Part shown: piece after piece, positions 10,714-20,300 of the stretch
How positions within the stretch are numbered: position 1 is the stretch's first letter
Layout of the letters: each line of letters starts with the position of its first letter
Assembly: GCA_965263355.1 (NCBI GenBank)
Contig: CBDHHL010000056.1
Span: 1,056,001-1,120,000, forward strand
Length of the DNA: 64,000 bases
Reading direction: 5' to 3'
DNA from: Leptolyngbyaceae cyanobacterium
Lineage (GTDB): Bacteria > Cyanobacteriota > Cyanobacteriia > Phormidesmidales > Phormidesmidaceae
Made by a program: the position numbers and the translations under genes
The notes under the pieces: generated by a model
Told to the model about the DNA's origin: nothing
Seen by the model: only the letters and a program-made list of their open reading frames with translations
Database searches by the model: none

Positions 10714-10802
10714 CCAGACATTTTCGATAACAGGAATTAACGTAACCGATCCAGACTCCAGACATTTCCTGTAACGACAACGATGGGAAAACTATCTATC
10801 GT
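10714..10802 (+). promoter_or_regulatory. Two copies of the island box plus putative -10 (TATCGT 10797-10802)
   Basis: ccagacattttcgataac (10714) and ccagacatttcctgtaacgacaa (10758); TANNNT lies 17 bp after ACGACA. Confidence 0.7.
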
Positions 10803-10956
10803 TATAGTTAGTTGCTTGAGAGAATTGTGTTCTAGAGCAATTGATTGTAACCATCTCATGGTTTAGCTTACTTATGAATCGCGGTTCTGCTTAATGGGCC
10901 AATGCCGCGTTTTTTCTCTTTTGTGATCTGACAAAATTATTTTTGGGAGCCAAACA

Positions 10957-11172
10957 ATGCTATTAACCGAGCAACTTTATGGCGCAGTCGCCCCACAGGA
11001 ACAAGACCATGCGCTTACGCGTATCACCCCTCACGACTCATTAGTTACTATCTTCAACTTAATTGTTAGCTGCAATGCTACGCTAATAATTTTTATTTTG
11101 GAAGTTAGTCAAAATGTCGTTGTTTTAACCTTTAGACATTATGGGAAAATCACGTCTCTATCGACTCTTTAA
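10957..11172 (+). CDS. Hypothetical small protein (71 aa) or decayed gene
   Basis: GGGAG RBS before the ATG, downstream of a box-associated promoter; no recognisable domain. Confidence 0.35.
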   Translation: MLLTEQLYGAVAPQEQDHALTRITPHDSLVTIFNLIVSCNATLIIFILEVSQNVVVLTFRHYGKITSLSTL

Positions 11173-11243
11173 GGCTAGAAAGAAAATACCAACCCAAAGT
11201 AGGCTGTTCTCCCAAGGAAAATATTTGGGTATTCCTGACTATA

Positions 11244-11333
11244 CCAGACATTTTCTGTAACAGCGATTGGTTTTTACTGATGCACCCTTCAGACATTTTC
11301 TGTAATGACAATATTTAAAGGTGTACCTATGAT
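11244..11333 (+). promoter_or_regulatory. Two copies of the island box plus putative -10 (TATGAT 11328-11333)
   Basis: ccagacattttctgtaacagcg (11244) and tcagacattttctgtaatgacaa (11289); 17-bp spacer to TATGAT. Confidence 0.72.
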
Positions 11334-11481
11334 TTGAATATAAACCTTGTCCACGTCCAGAACTGTAGTTTTGCCGTAGAAGAAATTCCAGGTTTCAACT
11401 TGGACGTGGTTTAGGTGACCGCAATGGTTGTTGTTTAAGTCAATCATTTAATTAACCAATCAATTTGTTAGGATATTCGTT

Positions 11482-11718
11482 ATGTACAATTCTACATTTC
11501 ATACAATTTTGATTGCAGTAAGTATCACCACTGCCTTCACACTATTTCTCAATGGAGTTGAGGATACGTTTACTACGAGAAAACCCCTTCCAGTAAATGG
11601 TCCATCTTTGAGGGAACAAAACTATAAAGGAAATGATGTGAATAGACCCTTCCCTTATGGTTATGGATCTAAAGGAAGGTTAGACAATGGCACTTCCCTT
11701 GAGGGCCAAGTTCTTTAA
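11482..11718 (+). CDS. Small putative secreted or membrane-anchored peptide (78 aa)
   Basis: AGGA RBS, hydrophobic N-terminus, Pro/Gly-rich polar C-terminus, downstream of a box promoter. Confidence 0.55.
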   Translation: MYNSTFHTILIAVSITTAFTLFLNGVEDTFTTRKPLPVNGPSLREQNYKGNDVNRPFPYGYGSKGRLDNGTSLEGQVL

Positions 11719-11752
11719 GAAAAGAGTATTGTGGTCAAAATGGTCTGTTAGA

Positions 11753-14700
11753 TTACCCCTGATGTGAACAAATTGCAGGTGTGGGTATTGACTCGGCAAG
11801 TCTCTCTGCTATAGCAAAAAGTTCTATATGGCCGTTAACGTTTCTTGCCCAATCGTTAGCTTCTGTTAATGCTGGCTCAGGGGTTATGGGCTGTGTGACT
11901 GGCTCAACAGCTGTGGTGGTTTCTGTACTTGGCGTATAGAGGTCTTCCCAGAGATCTTGGGATGAGATCGCATCCTCTGGCCCTAACGGTATTCCCCCGC
12001 GCCCGGTCGCTACAAAGCTAGAAATACCCTGACTGGGGTTACAACGCTGGCTAATGCGCGGTACACCCGTTTCATTCGGCAAGTCAGTCGTGTCCCTTGT
12101 GGGATCTAAGGCAAGGGTATCAATATCTACTTCGCCTGCAGCCCCAAAGGCAGAACTGGCAGTAATGTCATTGCGAACAGGTATCTCATCGGTCTGAAAC
12201 TCGATACCGTAGATTCCTGATGCTGTTATCTGTACATTTCCCCCCTGCCCCAAAAATGCATTGGCAGTAATGTTGCTATCTTCGTCTGGGACAGCAACCA
12301 AAAAATCTGTTGTGATATTGACATTCCCTCCGTCGCCTTCAGCTTCGGCAAGACCTGCTGTTGCCGAAAGATTACTGCCATTGCGTAACAACACCACATC
12401 GTCAATGACTAGGGTAATGATGCCACCCTGGTTGCTGGCTGTTTCAGTTGAGATCAGTGCATTATTCTTGAGGGTTAAAAAGTCTGCATTGAGTTCAATA
12501 TCGCCACCTCTGCCGGTCCCCTGACTATCCAGTGCAATCTTTGCCCCATCCTGGATAGTCACTGTGTTAGAGTCCACAAAGATGCTGCCACTATTGCCAG
12601 TAGATACTACCGTAGTATTCGCAAACAAACCACTATTCTCACCAGCAAGAATAATACTATTTGTATCCAGTACTCTGATATCACCTGCATTACCTGCACC
12701 TGATGTTGTGACAGTAATCTGTCCACCTTCTAAGATTTCTAAATTATTGGTGTTGAGCAAAATCTCACCAGCTATCCCATCGTTAGCGATACTGGCATTG
12801 AGCGCCCCCCCTTGACTGACCCTGAGTGTCTCTGCTGATATCTGGATATCGCTAGCGTTACCCCTCGCTCCAGGCTGTATGTCTGCGAGAATACCACTTT
12901 CCTCTACCACAGGGTTCACACCATCCACGATAATATCTTCTTGAACCGTGACTATAATCGGTGCGGCATTACCAATGCTATCAGTAATAACAGAGGTGGC
13001 TAATTTACCACCATTGGTCAGTGAAAGGCTATTGGCCGTAAGCATGATTGTGCCTCCATTACCAAAAGCTGGTACGGTTTGGTCTTTGTCCAAACGTTCA
13101 CCAACACTGCTAAAGAAGCCACTAGTTGCTGACACTAATGCGTCTGGCGTAGAGCCCGTAGTTAGACCGTCAACATTGGCTCCATCGATGCTAACGGCAC
13201 CTTGAACATTAACCGTAATATCGCCAGCGTCCCCTATGGAAAAGGTATTGGCTGTAAACTGCCCCCCATTTTTTAAGGTGAGAGTACCTGCCGTGACTTG
13301 AATATCACCCCCTTCACCAATACCGTCTGTATCAAGGTCGGTAAAAATGCCTGTAACAGCCCCGCTAGAATCAGAGCCATCTAAGAAAAATGCCTCTTCT
13401 ATCTCAATCGTGACATTGCCAGCGTTACCTAAACCTCGCGTACCGGTTTGAATTCTTCCTCCCCGCGTAATCGCTAGGGAATTAGCAGAAACAAACACAT
13501 CACCAGAAAAACCAACTGCGCCTGGCCGAGTTGTGGCAAATAGACCGCTGGAATATCCATCTACATCCACCCCATCGATAACAATATCATCACGCACCTT
13601 AAGCTGGATACCTTCTGCCTGCCCAACGGCCCCACCACGGACACTTGAAATCAACTCGGCACCATCTAACAACGCAAGAGAACCAGCTTGAATCGTAATT
13701 CCCCCAGCGTCAACATCATCTAGAGAACTGACGTTATTAAAAATGGTACTTGACTCAGTGAGCGTCACCTTATTCTGGACTTCCACGAAGGTCTCACCAG
13801 CATTGCCAGCACCAAATGTGTCAATGATAATAAAAGCGATATTTTGAGCCGTGAAGTTATTGGCTTCTATGATTGTGTTGCCACCATTACCGGTTGCTCC
13901 CGTTGCTACGACATTGTAGATTGTCACAAAAGGTCCTTCAATAGTAAGGTCGTCAGTTGCCCTCAGGATAATATCGCCACCCTGACTATCAACGGTACCT
14001 AAACCAGGGGCAATGCCAGCATAGAGTTCACTCCCACCTAAGATGCCAATATTTTGCCCTGTAATAGTAATGCTACCACGATCGCCTGCCGTTACATCCA
14101 ATATGGCTTCATTCTGAACAATTACATTGTTGCGGTTTAGGTCTGGGGAAGCATTGAGTGACAACGGTGCATCGGGTACTCCAGAATCTGGAATATTGTT
14201 ACTTAGACTATTACCATCTCTAATGATCTCGACTTGTCCTGGCCCTGCAATTCCGAGCAGATCAATATGACCGCCCAAGGCGTTGAGCCAACCACCGTCG
14301 ATCAGTACTTCTCCTCCAGCTAACAATAGACTCTCACCATCGGGTACTCTTAGCCCAAAGGTTGGTTCTCCAGATGCATTTATACCCGCAGGCGCGACAG
14401 ATTGGTTAATGATTGGTCCAGGGGCTGTATTATTAAAGAATAACGCTGAGGGAGCAACTGTTAGTAGAGCGGGTACCTGTGGGTTGGATGCGCTGAAAAG
14501 ACCCTGGTCTTCAAATTGAATGCCGTCTGCAGTTGTAGCTAGAAAAGAACCGCCAATATCTAGTTGGGAATCAGGACCAAACAGAATACCGTTGGGATTA
14601 ATCAAAAAGAAATCAGCTTCGCCAAGTACGCCAAGCGTGCCCAGAATGTTGGATGAGCCATTGCCAGTAACGCGAGTCAAAATTGTCTCGATGCCTGCTG

Positions 14701-14977
14701 GATTGGCAAAGTAAACCTCTTGCCCAGTTTCAATAGTAAAGTCTCGAAAACTGTGAAAGAGATTTGTATTATTGACAACCCCACCTTCAATGCGATCGCG
14801 AGTAGCACTTTCTGGTACCACTACCGAGGGGTTTGTCCCTAATGAGCTATCTGGAGTTACTTGGGCACTGGCTAGTTGGGGGAAGGGAGGTATAAGTATG
14901 GTTGAGATCGTAACCACACGTAATGCCAGTAGGGCATTTTTAGTTATAAACCATTTAGGTAGATGGAAGGCGTTCAT
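11753..14977 (-). CDS. Filamentous haemagglutinin/TPS (TpsA-like) exoprotein
   Basis: Signal peptide (ASA-QVTPD), NLFHSF and FLINPNGILFG TPS-domain motifs, GxGGxI beta-helix repeats, C-terminal C...FVATGRGGIP typical of cyanobacterial members. Confidence 0.9.
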   Translation of the reverse strand: MNAFHLPKWFITKNALLALRVVTISTILIPPFPQLASAQVTPDSSLGTNPSVVVPESATRDRIEGGVVNNTNLFHSFRDFTIETGQEVYFANPAGIETILTRVTGNGSSNILGTLGVLGEADFFLINPNGILFGPDSQLDIGGSFLATTADGIQFEDQGLFSASNPQVPALLTVAPSALFFNNTAPGPIINQSVAPAGINASGEPTFGLRVPDGESLLLAGGEVLIDGGWLNALGGHIDLLGIAGPGQVEIIRDGNSLSNNIPDSGVPDAPLSLNASPDLNRNNVIVQNEAILDVTAGDRGSITITGQNIGILGGSELYAGIAPGLGTVDSQGGDIILRATDDLTIEGPFVTIYNVVATGATGNGGNTIIEANNFTAQNIAFIIIDTFGAGNAGETFVEVQNKVTLTESSTIFNNVSSLDDVDAGGITIQAGSLALLDGAELISSVRGGAVGQAEGIQLKVRDDIVIDGVDVDGYSSGLFATTRPGAVGFSGDVFVSANSLAITRGGRIQTGTRGLGNAGNVTIEIEEAFFLDGSDSSGAVTGIFTDLDTDGIGEGGDIQVTAGTLTLKNGGQFTANTFSIGDAGDITVNVQGAVSIDGANVDGLTTGSTPDALVSATSGFFSSVGERLDKDQTVPAFGNGGTIMLTANSLSLTNGGKLATSVITDSIGNAAPIIVTVQEDIIVDGVNPVVEESGILADIQPGARGNASDIQISAETLRVSQGGALNASIANDGIAGEILLNTNNLEILEGGQITVTTSGAGNAGDIRVLDTNSIILAGENSGLFANTTVVSTGNSGSIFVDSNTVTIQDGAKIALDSQGTGRGGDIELNADFLTLKNNALISTETASNQGGIITLVIDDVVLLRNGSNLSATAGLAEAEGDGGNVNITTDFLVAVPDEDSNITANAFLGQGGNVQITASGIYGIEFQTDEIPVRNDITASSAFGAAGEVDIDTLALDPTRDTTDLPNETGVPRISQRCNPSQGISSFVATGRGGIPLGPEDAISSQDLWEDLYTPSTETTTAVEPVTQPITPEPALTEANDWARNVNGHIELFAIAERLAESIPTPAICSHQG

Positions 14978-15099
14978 CTCATTGGGGCCTTAGAGGATCG
15001 GGGGCTACCGTAATGTACGGCTAAGTAATGACTTTCAACGCAGACTATTGCAAAAGTATAGCGATATCTTCAGGAATAACCGCATTAACGGATAAAATT

Positions 15100-16242
15100 C
15101 TAAACGTTTTCTAGATTGCTATACTGTTCTACTGCTGCTGTTGGAGGGAGACTGGCATGGGCAAAAAGTGAAAGAGAACTTGCGTTCGTCTGGCATAGGC
15201 AGGTGTGGGGGTGGTCGGGACCAACGGTAGCGTTAAGAATTGAGAGAGCACGCTCAAATAGTTTAGCCGCTTCGGCTAGGTGATTCGTCTGTTGTAGTAG
15301 AGATGCTAGATTATTTAAACTGATGGCTACTTCAGGATGGTTTAAACCTAATAGGGTTTCTTTAATGGTTAATGTCTGACGATAAGCCTGTTCGGATGGC
15401 TGAAGTTGTCCTTTGGCTTGTAATGATGCGGCCAGGTTGTTGAGGTTAAGGGCGACGTCGTAATGGGTAGGGCCATATTGTTGTTTGAAAAATGCGATCG
15501 CATTCTCAAAATAAACGATGGCCTCATCCCATTGTCCCAGACCGTGTAAAATTGCCCCCAGGGCAGCCCCGTCGGCAATTGTTTGGGCATGGTCTAAACC
15601 GAATAAGTCTAGATGAAGCTGATAGGATTTGCGAGCATAGGGTTCGGCTTCAGCATAGTGACGCCGGGCATGGTTTAGGCCAGCCAGGTTGTGATAAAGG
15701 GTGGCTACTTCCCGATGGTGTTCGCCATAGTGTTGAATCAGATCAGCTAAGGCAGTTTGATAAAGGTTTTCGGCAGTATCAAAACGCCCCCAATATTTAT
15801 ACACAATAGCCAAGTTGTTTATCAGGCCAATCCAAACGGGTTGATGGCGTAGGTCATGATTTTCAGCTAAGGCAATTGCCTGTTGAAATGTCTGTTTAGC
15901 CGGTAAATACTTACCTTGAATACGATATAGATTGCCCTGTTGCGGTAGAATTTTTAACTCCAGAGGAAGAAAGATTTTGGCAGGGTAGATGAGTTTGATG
16001 TTGTTATACAAAGCTGATTGGGCTGATTGCAGCTGAGTTTGGGCCTCATCGTAGCGGGCTTGGGCCTCCAGGCTAGTAATTAGGTGACTTTGCAATTTGA
16101 CTTGAATGACTAAGCCTGCAGGTGGGGGTGGAAGGAGGGGGAGAAGTTGGAGACAGCGTGTTATGGCTTTAGTGTGGTGATGATTTGCCTGATGGTAGAC
16201 GATGTCTTGCAGCTGGTGTTGCCAATTGATTAAGTTGCCCAT
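15100..16242 (-). CDS. Tetratricopeptide repeat protein (kinesin-light-chain-like 42-aa TPRs)
   Basis: Repeats such as HPEVAISLNNLASLL, HREVATLYHNLAGL and HYDVALNLNNLAASL. Confidence 0.85.
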   Translation of the reverse strand: MGNLINWQHQLQDIVYHQANHHHTKAITRCLQLLPLLPPPPAGLVIQVKLQSHLITSLEAQARYDEAQTQLQSAQSALYNNIKLIYPAKIFLPLELKILPQQGNLYRIQGKYLPAKQTFQQAIALAENHDLRHQPVWIGLINNLAIVYKYWGRFDTAENLYQTALADLIQHYGEHHREVATLYHNLAGLNHARRHYAEAEPYARKSYQLHLDLFGLDHAQTIADGAALGAILHGLGQWDEAIVYFENAIAFFKQQYGPTHYDVALNLNNLAASLQAKGQLQPSEQAYRQTLTIKETLLGLNHPEVAISLNNLASLLQQTNHLAEAAKLFERALSILNATVGPDHPHTCLCQTNASSLSLFAHASLPPTAAVEQYSNLENV

Positions 16243-16354
16243 GGTGCTGGCTATAAGTTTTGTTGGGGGTCCCCTTAGCTACAGTGTACACATATCTCAT
16301 TCTGAACACTTTTGTATACACCGTAGCCCAGAAAAAAGAAATTGTTATTCCGGC

Positions 16355-17077
16355 CTATGAAAGTTGTGCTGTTTCAGAAGTCACAAGTATTTCATTATGA
16401 TTCAGAAACATCTGTTCAACCGTAGGTGCATCATCAGGTATACCTTCATGATTACCACCGATGATCGTAGCTAACTCTTGCACACTTAACGGAACAACTA
16501 CTTTATGTCGATTAGTTAAAACAGGCTTCTCATGGGAAACAATTGTTTCATTATGGTTAAACTGAATAGCACTACCACTAATATCGTCCTCAGGTTTGCC
16601 GTCGCCATTACCACCTGCGATCTCCACTAAATCTTCTATACTTAGCAGAACAGCTTTGAGTGGGTGAGCTTGAGCTACATTTTTACGAGAAACTATAGTT
16701 TCATTGTGATTGGCAGAAAGAGCGTCATCCTCATACTCATTTTCGGGTTTGCCTGTACCATTGCCACCTGCGATCATGGCTAAATCAACTAAATTTAGCA
16801 GAACAATTGTGGGTGACTTAGGTTGAGTAGTATTTGGAGAGGAAACAATTATCTCATTATGGTTAAGCGTAATGCCATTATCCTCATACTCATCTTCGGG
16901 TTTGCCTGCGCCATTGCTACCTGCGATCATGGCTAAATCATCCATGCTAAATTCAACAAGATTAGGCTGTTCAACAATATGTGTCAGTAAAATACCCTGA
17001 TCGATTAGATGATTATTGGCTTGGAGCTTTTGACGTTGATTTGGTTTCATTAGTGAATCGGTGATTTGGTTTGTCAT
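16355..17077 (-). CDS. Repetitive multi-cassette peptide precursor: 4 x (double-glycine leader + 21-aa segment ending NHNE)
   Basis: GS/GG at aa 53-54, 104-105, 155-156 and 207-208, each preceded by (L/F)(S/N)xx(D/E)LxxIx; NHNE ends exactly 21 aa after each GG/GS. Confidence 0.75.
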   Translation of the reverse strand: MTNQITDSLMKPNQRQKLQANNHLIDQGILLTHIVEQPNLVEFSMDDLAMIAGSNGAGKPEDEYEDNGITLNHNEIIVSSPNTTQPKSPTIVLLNLVDLAMIAGGNGTGKPENEYEDDALSANHNETIVSRKNVAQAHPLKAVLLSIEDLVEIAGGNGDGKPEDDISGSAIQFNHNETIVSHEKPVLTNRHKVVVPLSVQELATIIGGNHEGIPDDAPTVEQMFLNHNEILVTSETAQLS

Positions 17078-17183
17078 AGTTGTAAATTCGTAAGAGGTCT
17101 GTTTCTAGTTGTCTGACATGAGATGATACATAGGTATCACCAATACTCACCCCATGTCTCTACCTTATAAAGTGTTGTTTGAG

Positions 17184-17243
17184 CAGTCATTACAGGAAAT
17201 GTCTGGTATGTTGAGGCAAGCGGTGTGTCAGCAAATGTCAGGA
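17184..17243 (-). promoter_or_regulatory. Island box upstream of the multi-cassette precursor
   Basis: Sense strand ccagacatttcctgtaatgactg, with TAAGGT 17 bp after ATGACT; auxiliary tcctgacatttgctgaca further upstream. Confidence 0.75.
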
Positions 17244-17390
17244 TTTAAGTCAGTTGATGGGTCCAATTAACTATCCGATATGAACCCCCTTCTCACAATT
17301 CTGGACGTTCGGCGAATGCGGCTCGACTAAGTACTCGCCGAAGTCTCGGTCGAGCTGGGGAAACTGGACTTAAAGCCCCCAGAACTGTAT

Positions 17391-20300
17391 TCACTTCCAA
17401 AGTAGTATAGAAGGCAGTTCATTATGGGCTAATCGCAGCAGCTGATAGCCGATGCCGGCGGTGCCTTGGAAAAATCCAGGGTTGAAAACAGAATTGGGTA
17501 AATTGGCAAATAGCTGATATGCGCCTGCCTGTTGAGCACGGGCAACAACAGCTGTAGCTATTTGCAGGGCTGTCTGCCGCCAGCGGTGGTTTTCTGGAGC
17601 GATGCTGTGATCATATCGTTGAGCGCCAGCTAACAGTACCTCAGCCACACCCAAGTTACCACAACAAAGATGATCAATCGCCTTGATGTCTTGTTTCTCA
17701 GTAGTTTGCAAAGCAATGTGTAAGTCTTGTTCTAGCTCTGCCGAGGCTATAGTCTCCATACTACCGATGCGTCCTAAGCCAATACCGGCAGCACCATGAC
17801 ACCATTGCACGAGAAATGTGGGATTATCGTCACGCAGGTCAGGCCAATTTGCCTGAGACTGAGAAAATACACTGCGCTCATAGGCTATACCTTCCAGAGC
17901 AGCCTCCCGATAACGATTATCATCGGTCACCGCATAAAGGCGCAACAGGGCATAGGCTATACCTGCCGCTCCATGGGAAAAGCCTGTCAAAGGCTTTTCA
18001 GCGACAGTTTTCCAAGCTTTGGGATCTGTCACCGAGGTAACCTGACAGCTAAGCAGGTGGTTACCACAGGCAATTGCCTGCTGTAGGACCATCGCATCAT
18101 CAGTGACCTGATACAGAGACAACAAACCAAGAATGCAGCCTGCTGCTCCGCTAATAATATCCAGGCTTTGGTCAGCCGCAATCAGTTCCGGTGTAATCCC
18201 TGTGGCCAGGGTCTGGGCATAGGCCAGCAATGTCTCATCCTCTAAGAACCGACTGATTTTGATAAAGCTATAGATCAACGAACCGACGCCACCAGCACCA
18301 CCCAGCCCCATTAGCCGCACATAGCGCTGTAGCGACAGTATATCCATGACCTGAAGTCGCTCATTTAAGGGGTGTATCACCCGCAGTGCCAAATCTCGGT
18401 AGTGAGAGTCCTCAGTGACCTGATACAGTGCGGCAAAAAACAGAGCTACTCCACAACGACCATCATACAGACTGTCATTGAGCATCTGTTGCTGAAAACG
18501 CTCTGCCTGGGCCACAAACCCCATGCCAATCCAGTTGAGACTGCCATTGTCATCCTGTAAGGCCCTTGCTTCCAGGTCTGTAGCAATGTCTCGGGCAGCT
18601 TGTATCAGCTGCTGATGGTCTAACACAGGCCCATCACTAGTGATATCAGACTGGTTGTCATGGCTGCCGGGTATCGTCATTGGTTGGGCTACTTTGGCAT
18701 AGAATGCCCCTTGAATAATGGCTACCTGTTGCGCCAGACTCGCCTCATTTAATGTCTGAATTTGTTCAGTAACGGCTTGATAACTGGACTGCTTAAAATA
18801 ATTGGCAATGGTCCGACCCTGATTGAGGGGGAGGACTGCATCACTGGTATTAGCAGTAAAGAAGGGAATATCTAACTGTTCCATTGCCTGCCGTTCAGCC
18901 TGTAGCAGAGGCCAGGCATCTGGTTTTTCATTGGCAAGAACAAAGGCTCGGCTGAGATGATCCAGCTCGATGCTATAGTCAACACCATGCTTGAGATAGC
19001 CTGGTGTACAGGCTTGACGCAACAGGGAAAAATAAATGCGAGTGGCTCGCAGAATAAATCGGACCCGCTGGTGTTGCAGATTGGCCAGGGGGCCATTGGT
19101 GGCCAGCAATTGTGATGTTTGTGACCTAAGGAAGCGATACATTTGCTCAAACCCGTCCACAATTTTAGCCTGATACTCATTGGAAGACAGGGGCATATCT
19201 TCGAGATGGGGGACATTTTTCTCGATGGGCAAGGTCACCATTTCGGAGCGCAGATGCATGTTGTCGGTATTAATCGCTTGCCAGCGCAGCAGTTTACGAA
19301 TATGTTGTCGCTGCTCAGTGTGGCCAAGACCACTGATATCATTGGCGATACGCTGATCGGCACTAAAATCCCAACGAGGCAGAAGACCAGTGCGCAGGAC
19401 TGAATTCTGAAAAAGTTGGGCCGACTCGGTATCCAGAACGTCCATTTCAGGGGAGTTTTCGATTAAGTTGGCATCATGATGCAACAGGGTTTCCATGTCA
19501 ATCAGCACCAGATGTTCGCCACTGGCAATTAAATTTTCATAGTGGCAGTCAGTGCCTCGCAGCACATAGATTAAACATGACAACATGCCTGCCCGTTGGT
19601 AAAACCGATCAACTGCATCAGCATCAGTACAGGGTAAATGCTCAACAAATTCTACCCAGCCGTAGTCCTCGCGGTTAAGCACCTGCAGCACTTTGAAATC
19701 TAGCAGCTGACTGTGGTGATTACACCAGGTGAGAAACTGGTTCCAGGCTACTTCCAGCCCCAGGTCTTTGGGTTTATACACCAGCTTGAGGCCCGAATCA
19801 AAGGCAAGTAAGAATACGGTGCGACCCTGATTGTGGGGATCAGACAGAGAGGTTTGAATGGTGGTGACTTTACCCAGGGGGGTAGAGGTGGAATTTTCCG
19901 ATAAAAACTGTTGTTGAATTTCTCCATAATCTTGGGTTAGCCGCTGAATAAATTCTGTTGTGGCATCTACCCATAGGTCGACGGCAACGGCAACGAGGCG
20001 TCCAAGGACTGGATAGTTTTGAAAGAAATGGATTAAGCCATCCTGTAATAGCTCCTGAACAAACTGTTGATATTGGCTATTGGATATGCCTGATTCAGGA
20101 TCTTCGATGCCCAAGAGGTTTAGTAGGTTTTGACCAAAGCTACGGTCTTTGGCGAATTCAAAGTTGAGGGTTTGGTTGCTTAATCCAGAGAGTCGTTGCA
20201 GTAATGCCCGCTCCAGGGGAATGTAAGCTTGATCTGAAAGGACAGAAATTGGTAATGCGGCTGGATTGAGCTGTGAGGCTCCTAATCGGGTGAGTAATCG

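Noticed and set aside
16355..17077. NHNE precursor as a lanthipeptide substrate
   Set aside because: It contains no cysteine, so no lanthionine can form; dehydration alone cannot be excluded.
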